This document shows, in pieces, positions 34,227 to 42,242 of a stretch of DNA of 64,000 nucleotides. The number at the start of each line of letters is the position of its first letter. Position 1 is the first letter of the stretch. Position numbers and translations under genes: made by a program. Origin of the DNA: a virus. Location of the stretch: IMG/VR virus record IMGVR_UViG_3300047496_000092, positions 1 to 64,000 of that record. One strand, given 5' to 3'. The notes beneath the pieces are model-generated. The model saw only the letters and a program-made list of their open reading frames with translations. It did no database searches and was not told the origin of the DNA.

Positions 34227-34682
34227 ATGGACTTCGAGGTACTTAAGAAGTTAAACGAAATTCAGCTTACTCTCAAGTCGCACAGTGAAGCACTTGCAAG
34301 TCTTCAAGAGGGGCAACAACGAATCATGGCAACCATTGCTGATCTCGACGCGGCAATCGCCGCCGAGAAAGCCGATCTCGACTCGTTCGGAACGTCGGTT
34401 CAAGCGCTGACGGCGCTCGCAACGCAACTCGGTGTGGACATCGCCGCGCTGATCGCAAAGGCTCAGAACGGTGAAGACTTCAGTGCCGAACTGACGGCAC
34501 TGCAGGCGAACAAGGCGGAACTCGACTCGACCATCGCTGCCGTCGCGGCGGCGCAGACCTCCATCGCCGCATCCGATGCAGCAGCCGCAGGTGGCGGCGG
34601 GCCGGTCGGCAACGTCCAACCCGCGAGCCCGCAAGGTCCGGGGCCGCAGACCAGTTCCGGCGGGACCACGGTACATACCTAG
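34227..34682 (+). CDS. coiled-coil protein with a Gly/Pro-rich tail
   Basis: Track ORF 34209..34682 trimmed to ATG 34227 (GGGAGGA 4 nt upstream). Heptad-like Ala/Leu/Asp repeats are present. Confidence 0.5.
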   Translation: MDFEVLKKLNEIQLTLKSHSEALASLQEGQQRIMATIADLDAAIAAEKADLDSFGTSVQALTALATQLGVDIAALIAKAQNGEDFSAELTALQANKAELDSTIAAVAAAQTSIAASDAAAAGGGGPVGNVQPASPQGPGPQTSSGGTTVHT

Positions 34683-34721
34683 CGAAGAGCCTGAAATCGG
34701 GTGACAGCCTAGTCAGCGAAG

Positions 34722-34758
34722 AAAAACGGGTCGGTATCACTACCGGCCCGTTTCTCTT
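34722..34758. terminator. bidirectional intrinsic terminator between convergent genes
   Basis: AACGGGTCGGTA (34725-34736), loop TCAC, TACCGGCCCGTT (34741-34752): 12 bp with 1 mismatch. It is flanked by AAAAA on the 5' side and TTTCTCTT on the 3' side. Confidence 0.6.
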
Positions 34759-34872
34759 ACGCCGCGATGGCGAGGGAGGGACGAAGAGCGCGCCGCGCGC
34801 GAGCCGCGTCCAGACTGATCACGTTCTTGATGTTGTTGTTTGTTTTTGGTTTCACGCCCTACAGCGCGTCAA

Positions 34873-35124
34873 CTACGCATCCCGGACATTCTGCCCCGCG
34901 TCCTCGGCTTCCTTTATCAACCGCGCGATCTCGCGGTCGATGTACCACTTCGCCTTCTCAAGATCAGTGACCGGCGACGGCAGACCTTCTTTGAGCCCCG
35001 CGCGCCAAATATACTTGATCGCATTGCCTATATTGAAATTGTGGTGTTCGGCGATGGTGATACACTCGACGCCGCTCGGATGCGAGTTGTAGTGCTTCGG
35101 ATGGTTGATGACCTCTTCGGCCAT
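34873..35124 (-). CDS. DUF3310-family protein
   Basis: HPKHYNSHPSGVECITIAEHHNFNIGNAIKYIWRAGLK...DLEKAKWYI matches the DUF3310 signature as I recall it. Confidence 0.7.
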   Translation of the reverse strand: MAEEVINHPKHYNSHPSGVECITIAEHHNFNIGNAIKYIWRAGLKEGLPSPVTDLEKAKWYIDREIARLIKEAEDAGQNVRDA

Positions 35125-35126
35125 TT

Positions 35127-35288
35127 TTAGATGATGTGTAGAGAAAGCAAGATGACGAGGCCGACGCCGATGATGCAGTCAACCAGGACGTACGGGCGGA
35201 ACGGATTCGGGTTGCTCGTCGGAATCGCACCGATCACAGCGAAAATGAAGCAGATCGCGATGGCGACGAAAGCAATGATGTGTAGCAT
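35127..35288 (-). CDS. small two-TM membrane protein (tentative)
   Basis: Internal ATG of track ORF 35127..35657 gives MLHIIAFVAIAICFIFAVIGAIP...LVDCIIGVGLVILLSLHII. It ends 2 nt before the DUF3310 start. No clear SD. Confidence 0.35.
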   Translation of the reverse strand: MLHIIAFVAIAICFIFAVIGAIPTSNPNPFRPYVLVDCIIGVGLVILLSLHII

Positions 35289-35358
35289 GAAGGAAGACTG
35301 TTGTCTAAGAGCGTAACCCAGTCCTTCCAAACAAACCCGACGAATTGGAGTACACACT

Positions 35359-35598
35359 GTGCAGACAGTAGATAGACCCCCGACAACTTCGGGGTACGGC
35401 GACGATGAGACTGCCGTCGAGTTCAACGGCAAGTACGCACACATCGTGCGCAAGGCTACCGGCCGCGAGTCCACCGTCGTCATCCATACCATGTGCGGCC
35501 TCGCGCGAAACAACAGCGAAGGCCGTTCCGTTGATCTGGCGACGACGCGCTTGCCGCTCTGCGTGAACTGCGACAAAGTAGCAAAGCGAGGCCGATGA
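35359..35598 (+). CDS. hypothetical protein
   Basis: A GTG start with GGAG 8 nt upstream. 79 aa. Contains C...CVNC. Confidence 0.5.
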   Translation: MQTVDRPPTTSGYGDDETAVEFNGKYAHIVRKATGRESTVVIHTMCGLARNNSEGRSVDLATTRLPLCVNCDKVAKRGR

Positions 35599-35903
35599 GC
35601 GCCATCGTCGTCCTCAAGCGTCAGACGTATCTCGACATTTGCGATGGGTTGTACCATGCGAAGGACTCAAGCGGCAATCTCGTCTTTCGGGCTGTAAGGC
35701 GCTGCATGCATGCTGCGACAATGGGAACAGTGACCGACCGGCGGCGCTGCTGGGGAGAGATAATCGTCTTTCAGGAGCCCGCGAGACACGGCGATCTGAC
35801 GCTCTTTGTCTGTGCTGATGGTGCGTGTGCGCACCTGCGCAAAGAGTACGGCATACCGGAAGACGGCAGCGTACTTGAGCAGGGCCTTGTATGGCGGCAA
35901 TGA
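35595..35903 (+). CDS. hypothetical protein
   Basis: An ATGA overlap at the start. 102 aa, Cys/His-rich. Confidence 0.5.
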   Translation: MSAIVVLKRQTYLDICDGLYHAKDSSGNLVFRAVRRCMHAATMGTVTDRRRCWGEIIVFQEPARHGDLTLFVCADGACAHLRKEYGIPEDGSVLEQGLVWRQ

Positions 35904-36229
35904 CCATCTACATCGCTGGGCCGATGAAAGGCTACCCTGACAACAACTACCCCGCATTTGATCGTGCGCGCGATTGGTTGATAGAAAACGGACATGTTGT
36001 CGTTTCACCGGCCGATGTGACACGTCAACTGCGCGAGACGTTGGGGGAAGAGCCAACCATCAGTCAGATTGCAAAGGCCGACATCTTCGCACTCTTGCAG
36101 TGCGACACGCTCTTCATGCTCAACGGCTGGGAGCATTCTCTCGGGGCGAGAACGGAACACGCTATTGCCAACTGGATGCGTCTCGCTATCTACTACCAGC
36201 GCGGCGTCAACAACCTGAAGCTGCAGTGA
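35891..36229 (+). CDS. DUF4406 / nucleoside 2-deoxyribosyltransferase-like protein
   Basis: MTIYIAGPMKGYPDNNYPAFDRARDWLIENGHVVVSPAD is the typical N-terminus of this family. Confidence 0.65.
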   Translation: MAAMTIYIAGPMKGYPDNNYPAFDRARDWLIENGHVVVSPADVTRQLRETLGEEPTISQIAKADIFALLQCDTLFMLNGWEHSLGARTEHAIANWMRLAIYYQRGVNNLKLQ

Positions 36230-36438
36230 TCTTCAACGTCAAGGACGGCAAGTTCGGGTGCTACGCGCACGGCCCCAAGTGCGTGTGGGTGCCGGTCGAA
36301 GAGTACGACACGCACATGGCGCTGCACCCCGACTTAAATCAAGCGGGGCAGCAAGTAGTGAAGTTCACCACAGAGCATTACACGACGAAGCAAGGCCATC
36401 CAGCCAACATCGTCTACCGCCCAGGAGAGAAGCCGTGA
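36226..36438 (+). CDS. hypothetical protein
   Basis: Track ORF 35974..36438 trimmed to GTG 36226 (GTGA overlap). 70 aa. Confidence 0.5.
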   Translation: MIFNVKDGKFGCYAHGPKCVWVPVEEYDTHMALHPDLNQAGQQVVKFTTEHYTTKQGHPANIVYRPGEKP

Positions 36439-36731
36439 AGAACATGTCAGCGTACGATACGGCGTTGGAGGTGCTGAATAAGGACCTTCAGTTCTCTGAT
36501 ACAACGCGCACTCTCGGCAAAGGCATAAACGTTAGTATGGATGCGGCGTTTCTCGCTCGCTGCATTCTGCTGGTTGGTGTTATGATCGTAGACGAGATGG
36601 GCACCCACAAAAAGAAAAACCCGTACGCTCCGCGCGAAGCCTTCTGCGAGGTGTGTGCCAAGTCGCTCGGGCTTTTCCAAAACCAAATCCTTCCGCCCAT
36701 GTACTGTGCGGAGCATAATCCTGATGCCTGA
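36435..36731 (+). CDS. hypothetical protein
   Basis: Track ORF 36258..36731 trimmed to GTG 36435 (GTGA overlap; alternative ATG at 36444). Confidence 0.5.
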   Translation: MKNMSAYDTALEVLNKDLQFSDTTRTLGKGINVSMDAAFLARCILLVGVMIVDEMGTHKKKNPYAPREAFCEVCAKSLGLFQNQILPPMYCAEHNPDA

Positions 36732-36906
36732 TGATGACGACGAGCGGCCGGTCATCATCTGGAAGGCCACGCTGTACATTCGAGTCGCAGCGCGGGGAAA
36801 GATGGCGGCCTCGAACAAAATCAACCTGATGTTCAACTCTAGTGCAGTCGGCTTGCGCGACTACCAGATCACGGACATTCACCCGGCCGACGACGATCAG
36901 CAGTAG
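36724..36906 (+). CDS. hypothetical protein
   Basis: Track ORF 36655..36906 trimmed to ATG 36724. Its TAG stop opens promoter element copy 4. Confidence 0.45.
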   Translation: MPDDDDERPVIIWKATLYIRVAARGKMAASNKINLMFNSSAVGLRDYQITDIHPADDDQQ

Positions 36907-36954
36907 CCTGTACAGACTACACGTTTGACGACCGGCCGACCTCTGTTGTAAGAT
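36901..36954 (+). promoter_or_regulatory. stop-linked conserved promoter element, copy 4
   Basis: CAGTAG-CCTGTACAGACTACACGT-TTGACG (36925-36930), 18 nt, TAAGAT (36949-36954). The ATG follows only 10 nt later. Confidence 0.5.
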
Positions 36955-36963
36955 ACGGATACA

Positions 36964-37899
36964 ATGTCGAAACACAACCACGACGGGGTTCCTAGCTCCA
37001 TCATCGAGCTTCTCAAGAGGCTTGGCGGTGCCGGTCCCTCGTTCGACTACACCAAGCCGTACACCGAGTACGGCCTTACCTTCGACCCGAGCGAGTGCGC
37101 GTCGTGCATGCGACCCAAACTTGCCGAAGAGATGGAACACTACCGTTGCGATTCGTGCTACAAGCGCATGATCTACACCGACGATAAGTCGGAACTGATC
37201 GCACTTTTCACCCCGCGCGGCTCGAAAGAATTCCGCGCGATCTTCGAAAAGTTGCCGATGCACATGGTGGAGTTTCTCGCAATGCGCCGCTACCGTTTCG
37301 TATCGGTGCCGGTGCAAGAGGCTCCCAAAGAAGACGGCGAAGCCGAGAATTGTCTCGGTTGCGGGTATGCTCATGTGAACGATGGGTGCGTTGACGCGCG
37401 CGCCGAACCCCGCATCGTCTTCTGTGCAACGGAGAAGCCGGAACTGATTCTTAGCACGGCGTTCTATCTCTTGGCAGACGACGGTCTTCCGAACGGCGTC
37501 ACGTCGATCTTCGAAGACTTCAAAGCCTGCTACGACGTGCAGAAGCTGATGCTGATGCAGGGCGTCGAAGTTCGCACCGTCGAGAACGAGGACGGCAGCG
37601 CGTTCGGTATTTCGCAGACCGACCCGAACGAAGAGAACGAACGGTTCCTGATCTCGCGGCCGAGTACCAACGACTCCGACCGCTATCTCTCCGAAGTCAT
37701 GCTGGCGTACCACCACCTCAATCCGTGCTGTTCGTTCGAACACATGAAGGCGGTGCAGCCGTGGGTCATTACGCTCTGCCAGGCGCTCGACACGTTCGTG
37801 ATCGCTATCGTCAACGGCTCCCGCAAAACTCTTCGAAAGAAATTCGAAAAGGACGGGGTAGCGCTCGCCAACACCTCTCACGGCGCGAAAGCAAAGTGA
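36964..37899 (+). CDS. hypothetical protein (311 aa, several Cys pairs)
   Basis: Protein-like composition, in contrast to the Arg-rich 433-aa antisense ORF. Contains CASCM...CDSCYKR...CLGCG. Confidence 0.6.
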   Translation: MSKHNHDGVPSSIIELLKRLGGAGPSFDYTKPYTEYGLTFDPSECASCMRPKLAEEMEHYRCDSCYKRMIYTDDKSELIALFTPRGSKEFRAIFEKLPMHMVEFLAMRRYRFVSVPVQEAPKEDGEAENCLGCGYAHVNDGCVDARAEPRIVFCATEKPELILSTAFYLLADDGLPNGVTSIFEDFKACYDVQKLMLMQGVEVRTVENEDGSAFGISQTDPNEENERFLISRPSTNDSDRYLSEVMLAYHHLNPCCSFEHMKAVQPWVITLCQALDTFVIAIVNGSRKTLRKKFEKDGVALANTSHGAKAK

Positions 37900-38003
37900 T
37901 CATGCTGCTGCTCGGCACCTGCACTCTTCTCCTGAAAACGTGGAAGGTGTGGGTGCCGGTCGCCGTCGTCTTCTGGCTCTTGAGTTTGTTCGGTGCGCAC
38001 TGA
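37896..38003 (+). CDS. 35-aa single-TM peptide
   Basis: GTGA overlap at 37896 (alternative ATG at 37902). Sequence VIMLLLGTCTLLLKTWKVWVPVAVVFWLLSLFGAH. Confidence 0.4.
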   Translation: MIMLLLGTCTLLLKTWKVWVPVAVVFWLLSLFGAH

Positions 38004-38185
38004 TGAACGGGGATGTCGGGTACACCAACCCGTTCAAGCGCAAGCGGCGAGCGCACTCGCATTACCATTGCTTGGCGGTCGCTGATGCGCACTACGGCCA
38101 CGATCACTACTGCGAACTCGAATACGTCGAGTGCGACGATGCCGAGTGCTTCGGGAACCGGGACCCGTTCGTACGATGGGACTAA
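38003..38185 (+). CDS. small His/Cys-rich protein
   Basis: Track ORF 37940..38185 trimmed to ATG 38003, which overlaps the upstream TGA by 1 nt. Confidence 0.4.
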   Translation: MNGDVGYTNPFKRKRRAHSHYHCLAVADAHYGHDHYCELEYVECDDAECFGNRDPFVRWD

Positions 38186-38409
38186 GACCGCCGACGTTGA
38201 AAGACGTGGAAGACAGACTGCACCGTCGTCGTATGCTACGCCGCGCTTGGGCGTTTATGGCGGCGTTCTGGTCTTTCTTATTCATCTGTTGCGCAGTGCT
38301 GATTAGGCTAGAGTGGGATGTAGATCGCACGATGGCGTACGTCGATTGCGTCTTCGGATGCGTTCAACTCACGATGCTCTACCTATGTGTGGTGAGGTTG
38401 CAAGAATGA
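38176..38409 (+). CDS. small two-TM membrane protein (holin-like topology)
   Basis: Track ORF 38131..38409 trimmed to ATG 38176. Hydrophobic segments are AWAFMAAFWSFLFICCAVLI and VFGCVQLTMLYLCVV. Confidence 0.45.
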   Translation: MGLRPPTLKDVEDRLHRRRMLRRAWAFMAAFWSFLFICCAVLIRLEWDVDRTMAYVDCVFGCVQLTMLYLCVVRLQE

Positions 38410-38529
38410 CGGATTCAAGTAGCGGGTGCAATTCTTGAAGAGCTACGGCGCATTCGGAAGACGGTAGAGCGAATTGCCGATGCGCTTTCGAAGGCATCTT
38501 GGGATTGGCAGAGAAGGTCAACTCCCAAG

Positions 38530-39492
38530 ATGAAGCGTAGCGTCTTTGCCGCATCTGTAGCCGCTGCATTACTGGCGGGGTGTAACGACGGTAGCCCAGG
38601 TCCAATAGCTTCACCAACTCCGCTGCCGGTCGTTCAACTACCGTTCTATCCCGGCGTCACCACGCGCTTGAGTGTGCAGGCGGAACAGTACGACCCCGAG
38701 CCCGCGATCAACGCTGCACTGACAGCACTTGGGTTCAAGGACTTCCGCGCCGGTTATCCGTGGCAGGCGCTGCACTACAAGGGCGGCGGCGTGTGGGATT
38801 GGGACCGATCAGACAAGTGGTACGCAGCGCTGCCAGCCGGTATGCGCTGCTTGTGCATCATCTCGCCGTTCGGCCCGAACCCGCCGGTCGGCGCTGATCT
38901 CGCGCTGTACGCCTCGTTCTTGCAGCAGTTCGCCACGCGCTACGATGTTGACTTCGAGTGGATGAACGAGCCCGATCTGCCGCAGAATTGGGAGGCGTGT
39001 TTCCCCGGCTGGAACGCCGATTGGGACCTCGACCAAGCACACGCTGCGTACGCTGCCACGGTGCAGACCATCGTGCCGCTCATCCGCGCAGCCAACCCGA
39101 AGGCGAAGATCATCAGCGGCGGAACGTCGGGGGTCAACGTCGATTGGGCAACCTGGCAGATCGCACAAGGTTGGTTCGCTGACGGCACGTTCGACGGCTA
39201 CGGCGTCCACCCGTACGGCCAGAACCCAAGCACCATTGCCGAGGCGTACAACGTCCTCTTCAAGATGCTGCCGACCGGCGCAATGATCTACACGACGGAG
39301 TGGGGCGACGCCGACCTCACCCAACTCAAAGCGATGTACGCTGCACACCAAGCAATGGGAGTGCCGTACGACTGTTGGTATCGGCTTGACGACAACGGCC
39401 AGCAGCCGGATGACTGGGGCATCATCGACCAGAATGATCAGCCGGTGCAGCCTGCATACAACGACGCGCTCGCGATCAACGCCGCGCTATGA
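38530..39492 (+). CDS. lipoprotein glycoside hydrolase (clan GH-A TIM-barrel-like)
   Basis: The signal peptide has a lipobox (AAALLAGC). FEWMNEPDL is the acid/base NEP motif and IYTTEWG is a nucleophile TEWG-type motif. Confidence 0.6.
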   Translation: MKRSVFAASVAAALLAGCNDGSPGPIASPTPLPVVQLPFYPGVTTRLSVQAEQYDPEPAINAALTALGFKDFRAGYPWQALHYKGGGVWDWDRSDKWYAALPAGMRCLCIISPFGPNPPVGADLALYASFLQQFATRYDVDFEWMNEPDLPQNWEACFPGWNADWDLDQAHAAYAATVQTIVPLIRAANPKAKIISGGTSGVNVDWATWQIAQGWFADGTFDGYGVHPYGQNPSTIAEAYNVLFKMLPTGAMIYTTEWGDADLTQLKAMYAAHQAMGVPYDCWYRLDDNGQQPDDWGIIDQNDQPVQPAYNDALAINAAL

Positions 39493-39689
39493 ACGAACAG
39501 ACGTGGAGAGACGGCTTCCTTGCCGGATGCATCTGCGGCTACTTCGGGGCGGTCGTGCTGTACCGTGCATGGCAGCATTACCATTATTGGCGGGCGAAGC
39601 AACGTGCAGCCGCCTACCATCGTGCATACCGTGAACGCACGGAGCGCGCACACACTACCATCCCGACGATTGAAAGGAAACACCCATGA
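39489..39689 (+). CDS. small single-TM protein
   Basis: ATGA overlap at the start. GFLAGCICGYFGAVVLY is followed by a basic tail. Confidence 0.5.
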   Translation: MNEQTWRDGFLAGCICGYFGAVVLYRAWQHYHYWRAKQRAAAYHRAYRERTERAHTTIPTIERKHP

Positions 39690-40081
39690 GCAAAGAAGTC
39701 CATGTCAACATTTCCGAAGCACAGGTAAAGCGCGATGCGAAAGGTGGCTACGAAAAAGGCCGGTCGCGTAAAGTCAAGATGATCGAGTGGACCTACGAGA
39801 TGCAGGTCCAAGAATTGCCCGGCGTCCCAGCAGTTCGTGTCGAGACACTCGAAGAGCTAGCAGCCGAGATCAACCGCGCCCGCAAGAAGTTCCCTCGGAA
39901 CACCCTGCTGTACACGGCACTGGGTGAAGAATTCGGAGAACTAGGGAAGGCACTGCTGCAAGAGGGCAACGGCCCGAGCGCACGGCGTGAGGCGCTGCAG
40001 GTCGCTTGCGTCGCACTGCGAATCCTTGAGGAAGGCGACCCGGTGTACGACAACCTAGATTCGGAGGCTCGACAACCATGA
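39686..40081 (+). CDS. MazG-like nucleotide pyrophosphohydrolase
   Basis: LYTALGEEFGELGKALLQ carries the EExxE-type motif. ALQVACVALRILEE follows. Confidence 0.6.
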   Translation: MSKEVHVNISEAQVKRDAKGGYEKGRSRKVKMIEWTYEMQVQELPGVPAVRVETLEELAAEINRARKKFPRNTLLYTALGEEFGELGKALLQEGNGPSARREALQVACVALRILEEGDPVYDNLDSEARQP

Positions 40082-40467
40082 TCGTCAAGATGCTGCTCGT
40101 AGCGATGATCTCAACGCTGCCGCTCGGTATCATCGTTGCTCGTACCGCAGGTGTGCCGCTGCACCAACAGCGCTACGATCAGGCGGCAACGTCGGTCATC
40201 AACGCCATCGAATCCGACATGGACATCCTGCCGGGTGGGCATAACGGAACCGATGCTGCGGATGTCGGCTACGCGCTCAACCATCCGTACTACGAATCGT
40301 GCGCCGGTCAGTGGCGCAACGCCGCCGGACAAGAGATCGCCCCGACAAATAAGATGGTCGCCGTCTACATGTCGGGGTGCGCTATTGTCGGTTGGAATAC
40401 GAGCAGCAGTGTGCTGTCACCGTACGATACGGCGTTGGTGCTGTCGTCTATTCCGCAGCACCCTTAG
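40078..40467 (+). CDS. membrane-anchored or secreted hypothetical protein
   Basis: The N-terminus MIVKMLLVAMISTLPLGIIVA is hydrophobic. ATGA overlap at the start. Confidence 0.5.
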   Translation: MIVKMLLVAMISTLPLGIIVARTAGVPLHQQRYDQAATSVINAIESDMDILPGGHNGTDAADVGYALNHPYYESCAGQWRNAAGQEIAPTNKMVAVYMSGCAIVGWNTSSSVLSPYDTALVLSSIPQHP

Positions 40468-40607
40468 ATTTTCTCGCGCTCGCGGCGTTCGCCAAGGGCA
40501 ATGGTCGTTCCATCACCCATTCGCCCACGGCCCACAACGCGAGAGGGATGCCAAAGATATTCGTGATGAGGAAGAAGAATCTCACGGCCACCACATCCAA
40601 CCCTGCA

Positions 40608-40964
40608 TCACTTCGGAAACCCTTTCATCCACTCTGCCGCTTCGGGACCATACGACATGCCCATGTCGGTTGCCGCCGCACCCGGCCAGCGCTGACTGTA
40701 CACTTTATTCAGGTGTTCGGCTTCCTCAATCATTTGCTCATTGAATTCTTCTTGTGTGAAGACACCCTTCTCAACGAGCAGACCAACGAGTCCGTTCAGT
40801 TCGGCCCGCATCAAGATCGTTATCTCGCGATGGTCTTTGACTGCCGCACATTCGGGGTCGGTGTTTGACCGTGTACCGAGTTGCCATGCGGCAAAGAGAC
40901 TACGCCATTTCGCAAGCCGGTTGAGCGATTCGTGAAGCTGTACGGCGATCTGTTCCCGCGTCAT
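40608..40964 (-). CDS. hypothetical protein
   Basis: 118 aa. It is the last gene of the long minus-strand block. Confidence 0.5.
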   Translation of the reverse strand: MTREQIAVQLHESLNRLAKWRSLFAAWQLGTRSNTDPECAAVKDHREITILMRAELNGLVGLLVEKGVFTQEEFNEQMIEEAEHLNKVYSQRWPGAAATDMGMSYGPEAAEWMKGFPK

Positions 40965-41389
40965 GGTGCGGTTTCTTCCGCCAGGTTCTGCGCGTTTTCG
41001 TTCGGGGCCGGAACCGATAGTTGAATGACGCGCCCTAAGTGATTGCGCGCGTTCTCAACACCCTTGAGGATGCTGTCGAGCGATTCCATGTAGGCGTTCA
41101 CTTCAGGGGAGAGTGCAGCGACGAACGGATGCTCGCGTAGATCAGCGAATATTTTCTTCGCTTCGTTCGCGCTCTTTTCGATGTTGGCGAGATGCTGGGC
41201 CTGCACTTCGAGGTCAATGTCGATCACAAATAGTCCTTTGTCGCGCGTCATACACGCGCAGCCTAAGTAGCGAATTGGTTGGTAGCGTGTTCGTTCCGCA
41301 GAGTACTTCTCTTCGAGATGGCGGTCTATGGTTGCCCACTTTTCTTTGATCGCAGCCATCTCTTCTTCCGTGTATGGGCGGTTATGCAT
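40961..41389 (-). CDS. hypothetical protein
   Basis: Track ORF 40961..41488 trimmed to ATG 41389 (8-nt overlap with the upstream gene). Confidence 0.5.
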   Translation of the reverse strand: MHNRPYTEEEMAAIKEKWATIDRHLEEKYSAERTRYQPIRYLGCACMTRDKGLFVIDIDLEVQAQHLANIEKSANEAKKIFADLREHPFVAALSPEVNAYMESLDSILKGVENARNHLGRVIQLSVPAPNENAQNLAEETAP

Positions 41390-41612
41390 CAACGCGCTCG
41401 ATCTGGTCGTAACATGGCGGGCATGCGAGTTTGCGTTCTTCGCCTTTCTCCGCAGCCCACTTCGGGTTGCGTTCTTTGAGGTCGGCAACCGAATTGTAGA
41501 CGTGCCCGCACACGATGCATGCGAGCCCGACGTACGTTTCGAGAACGAGGTCGAGCAGTGCTTCCTTATTCTCTGGGGTTATCGGAAAGGCGGCGATGAA
41601 GTGATCGTTCAC
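41382..41612 (-). CDS. small zinc-ribbon protein
   Basis: CIVCGH...CPPC. GTG start in a GTGA overlap. Confidence 0.5.
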   Translation of the reverse strand: MNDHFIAAFPITPENKEALLDLVLETYVGLACIVCGHVYNSVADLKERNPKWAAEKGEERKLACPPCYDQIERVDA

Positions 41613-41773
41613 GCTTCACGCTCCAACAGTATCTTCGCGAGTGCTTCGATGGCGTCGGCGATGATATACACTTTCGTGAACCCATCGCGAGGCTCGTCCG
41701 TGATCTCGCTGTGTTGAATTTTGGACATGTCATCGACAATGCTTGTCAGCATGTCCTTCACGACCTTACTCAT
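41609..41773 (-). CDS. 54-aa hypothetical protein (not in the ORF track)
   Basis: Hand translation gives MSKVVKDMLTSIVDDMSKIQHSEITDEPRDGFTKVYIIADAIEALAKILLEREA. It exactly fills the gap and overlaps both neighbours (ATGAGTAA and GTGA). Confidence 0.4.
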   Translation of the reverse strand: MSKVVKDMLTSIVDDMSKIQHSEITDEPRDGFTKVYIIADAIEALAKILLEREA

Positions 41774-42242
41774 GCCGCATGATCACGTCGCGCTTGGGAA
41801 GCGTGTCGAGTGACACCTCCCGGCCGGTCGTGGCCTTCCAGAAGACGCCGTGTGCGAACGTGAACGCTGCGCGAACTGCATCTTCCGGCATGAATTGCTC
41901 GCGTTGTCCGGCGTCAACAGTGACGGCGCGTTGAACGAGGCCGACTTTATCCTTGGCGCGGATAAGATCAGCGCAGGGTTGACATGCAGCCCAGTTGCCG
42001 ATGCTTTCGTCGGTGTAGATGCCTTGATCGCCGATGAAGCCGATGCCGCTCGCCTGATCGCGCGCTTCGAAGGCGGTCACGACCGGCAGCTTGCCGAGCG
42101 AGGAGCAGAAGTCGCAGACGGTGCCGAGCGACGGGTCTACACCCATCGACAGAACGCCGTCGCCGGTCGCTTCGATGTGGAGCTTGGGGAACGCGCCCTG
42201 CAGTTCTTCGCGGGCGGCTTCCATGTCGAGTTTCTTGGTCAT
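41766..42242 (-). CDS. hypothetical protein
   Basis: Track ORF 41766..42269 trimmed to ATG 42242, which follows the conserved AAAGGAACCTCAAC block. Contains CDFC...CQPC. Confidence 0.55.
   Translation of the reverse strand: MTKKLDMEAAREELQGAFPKLHIEATGDGVLSMGVDPSLGTVCDFCSSLGKLPVVTAFEARDQASGIGFIGDQGIYTDESIGNWAACQPCADLIRAKDKVGLVQRAVTVDAGQREQFMPEDAVRAAFTFAHGVFWKATTGREVSLDTLPKRDVIMRHE

Noticed and set aside
36580-37881. A 433-aa minus-strand ORF, the longest ORF in this stretch
   Set aside because: It is exactly antisense to the better 36964..37899 gene. Its composition is dominated by Arg, Val, His and Gly with no motifs. It has no start context. This is a typical shadow ORF of a GC-rich coding strand.
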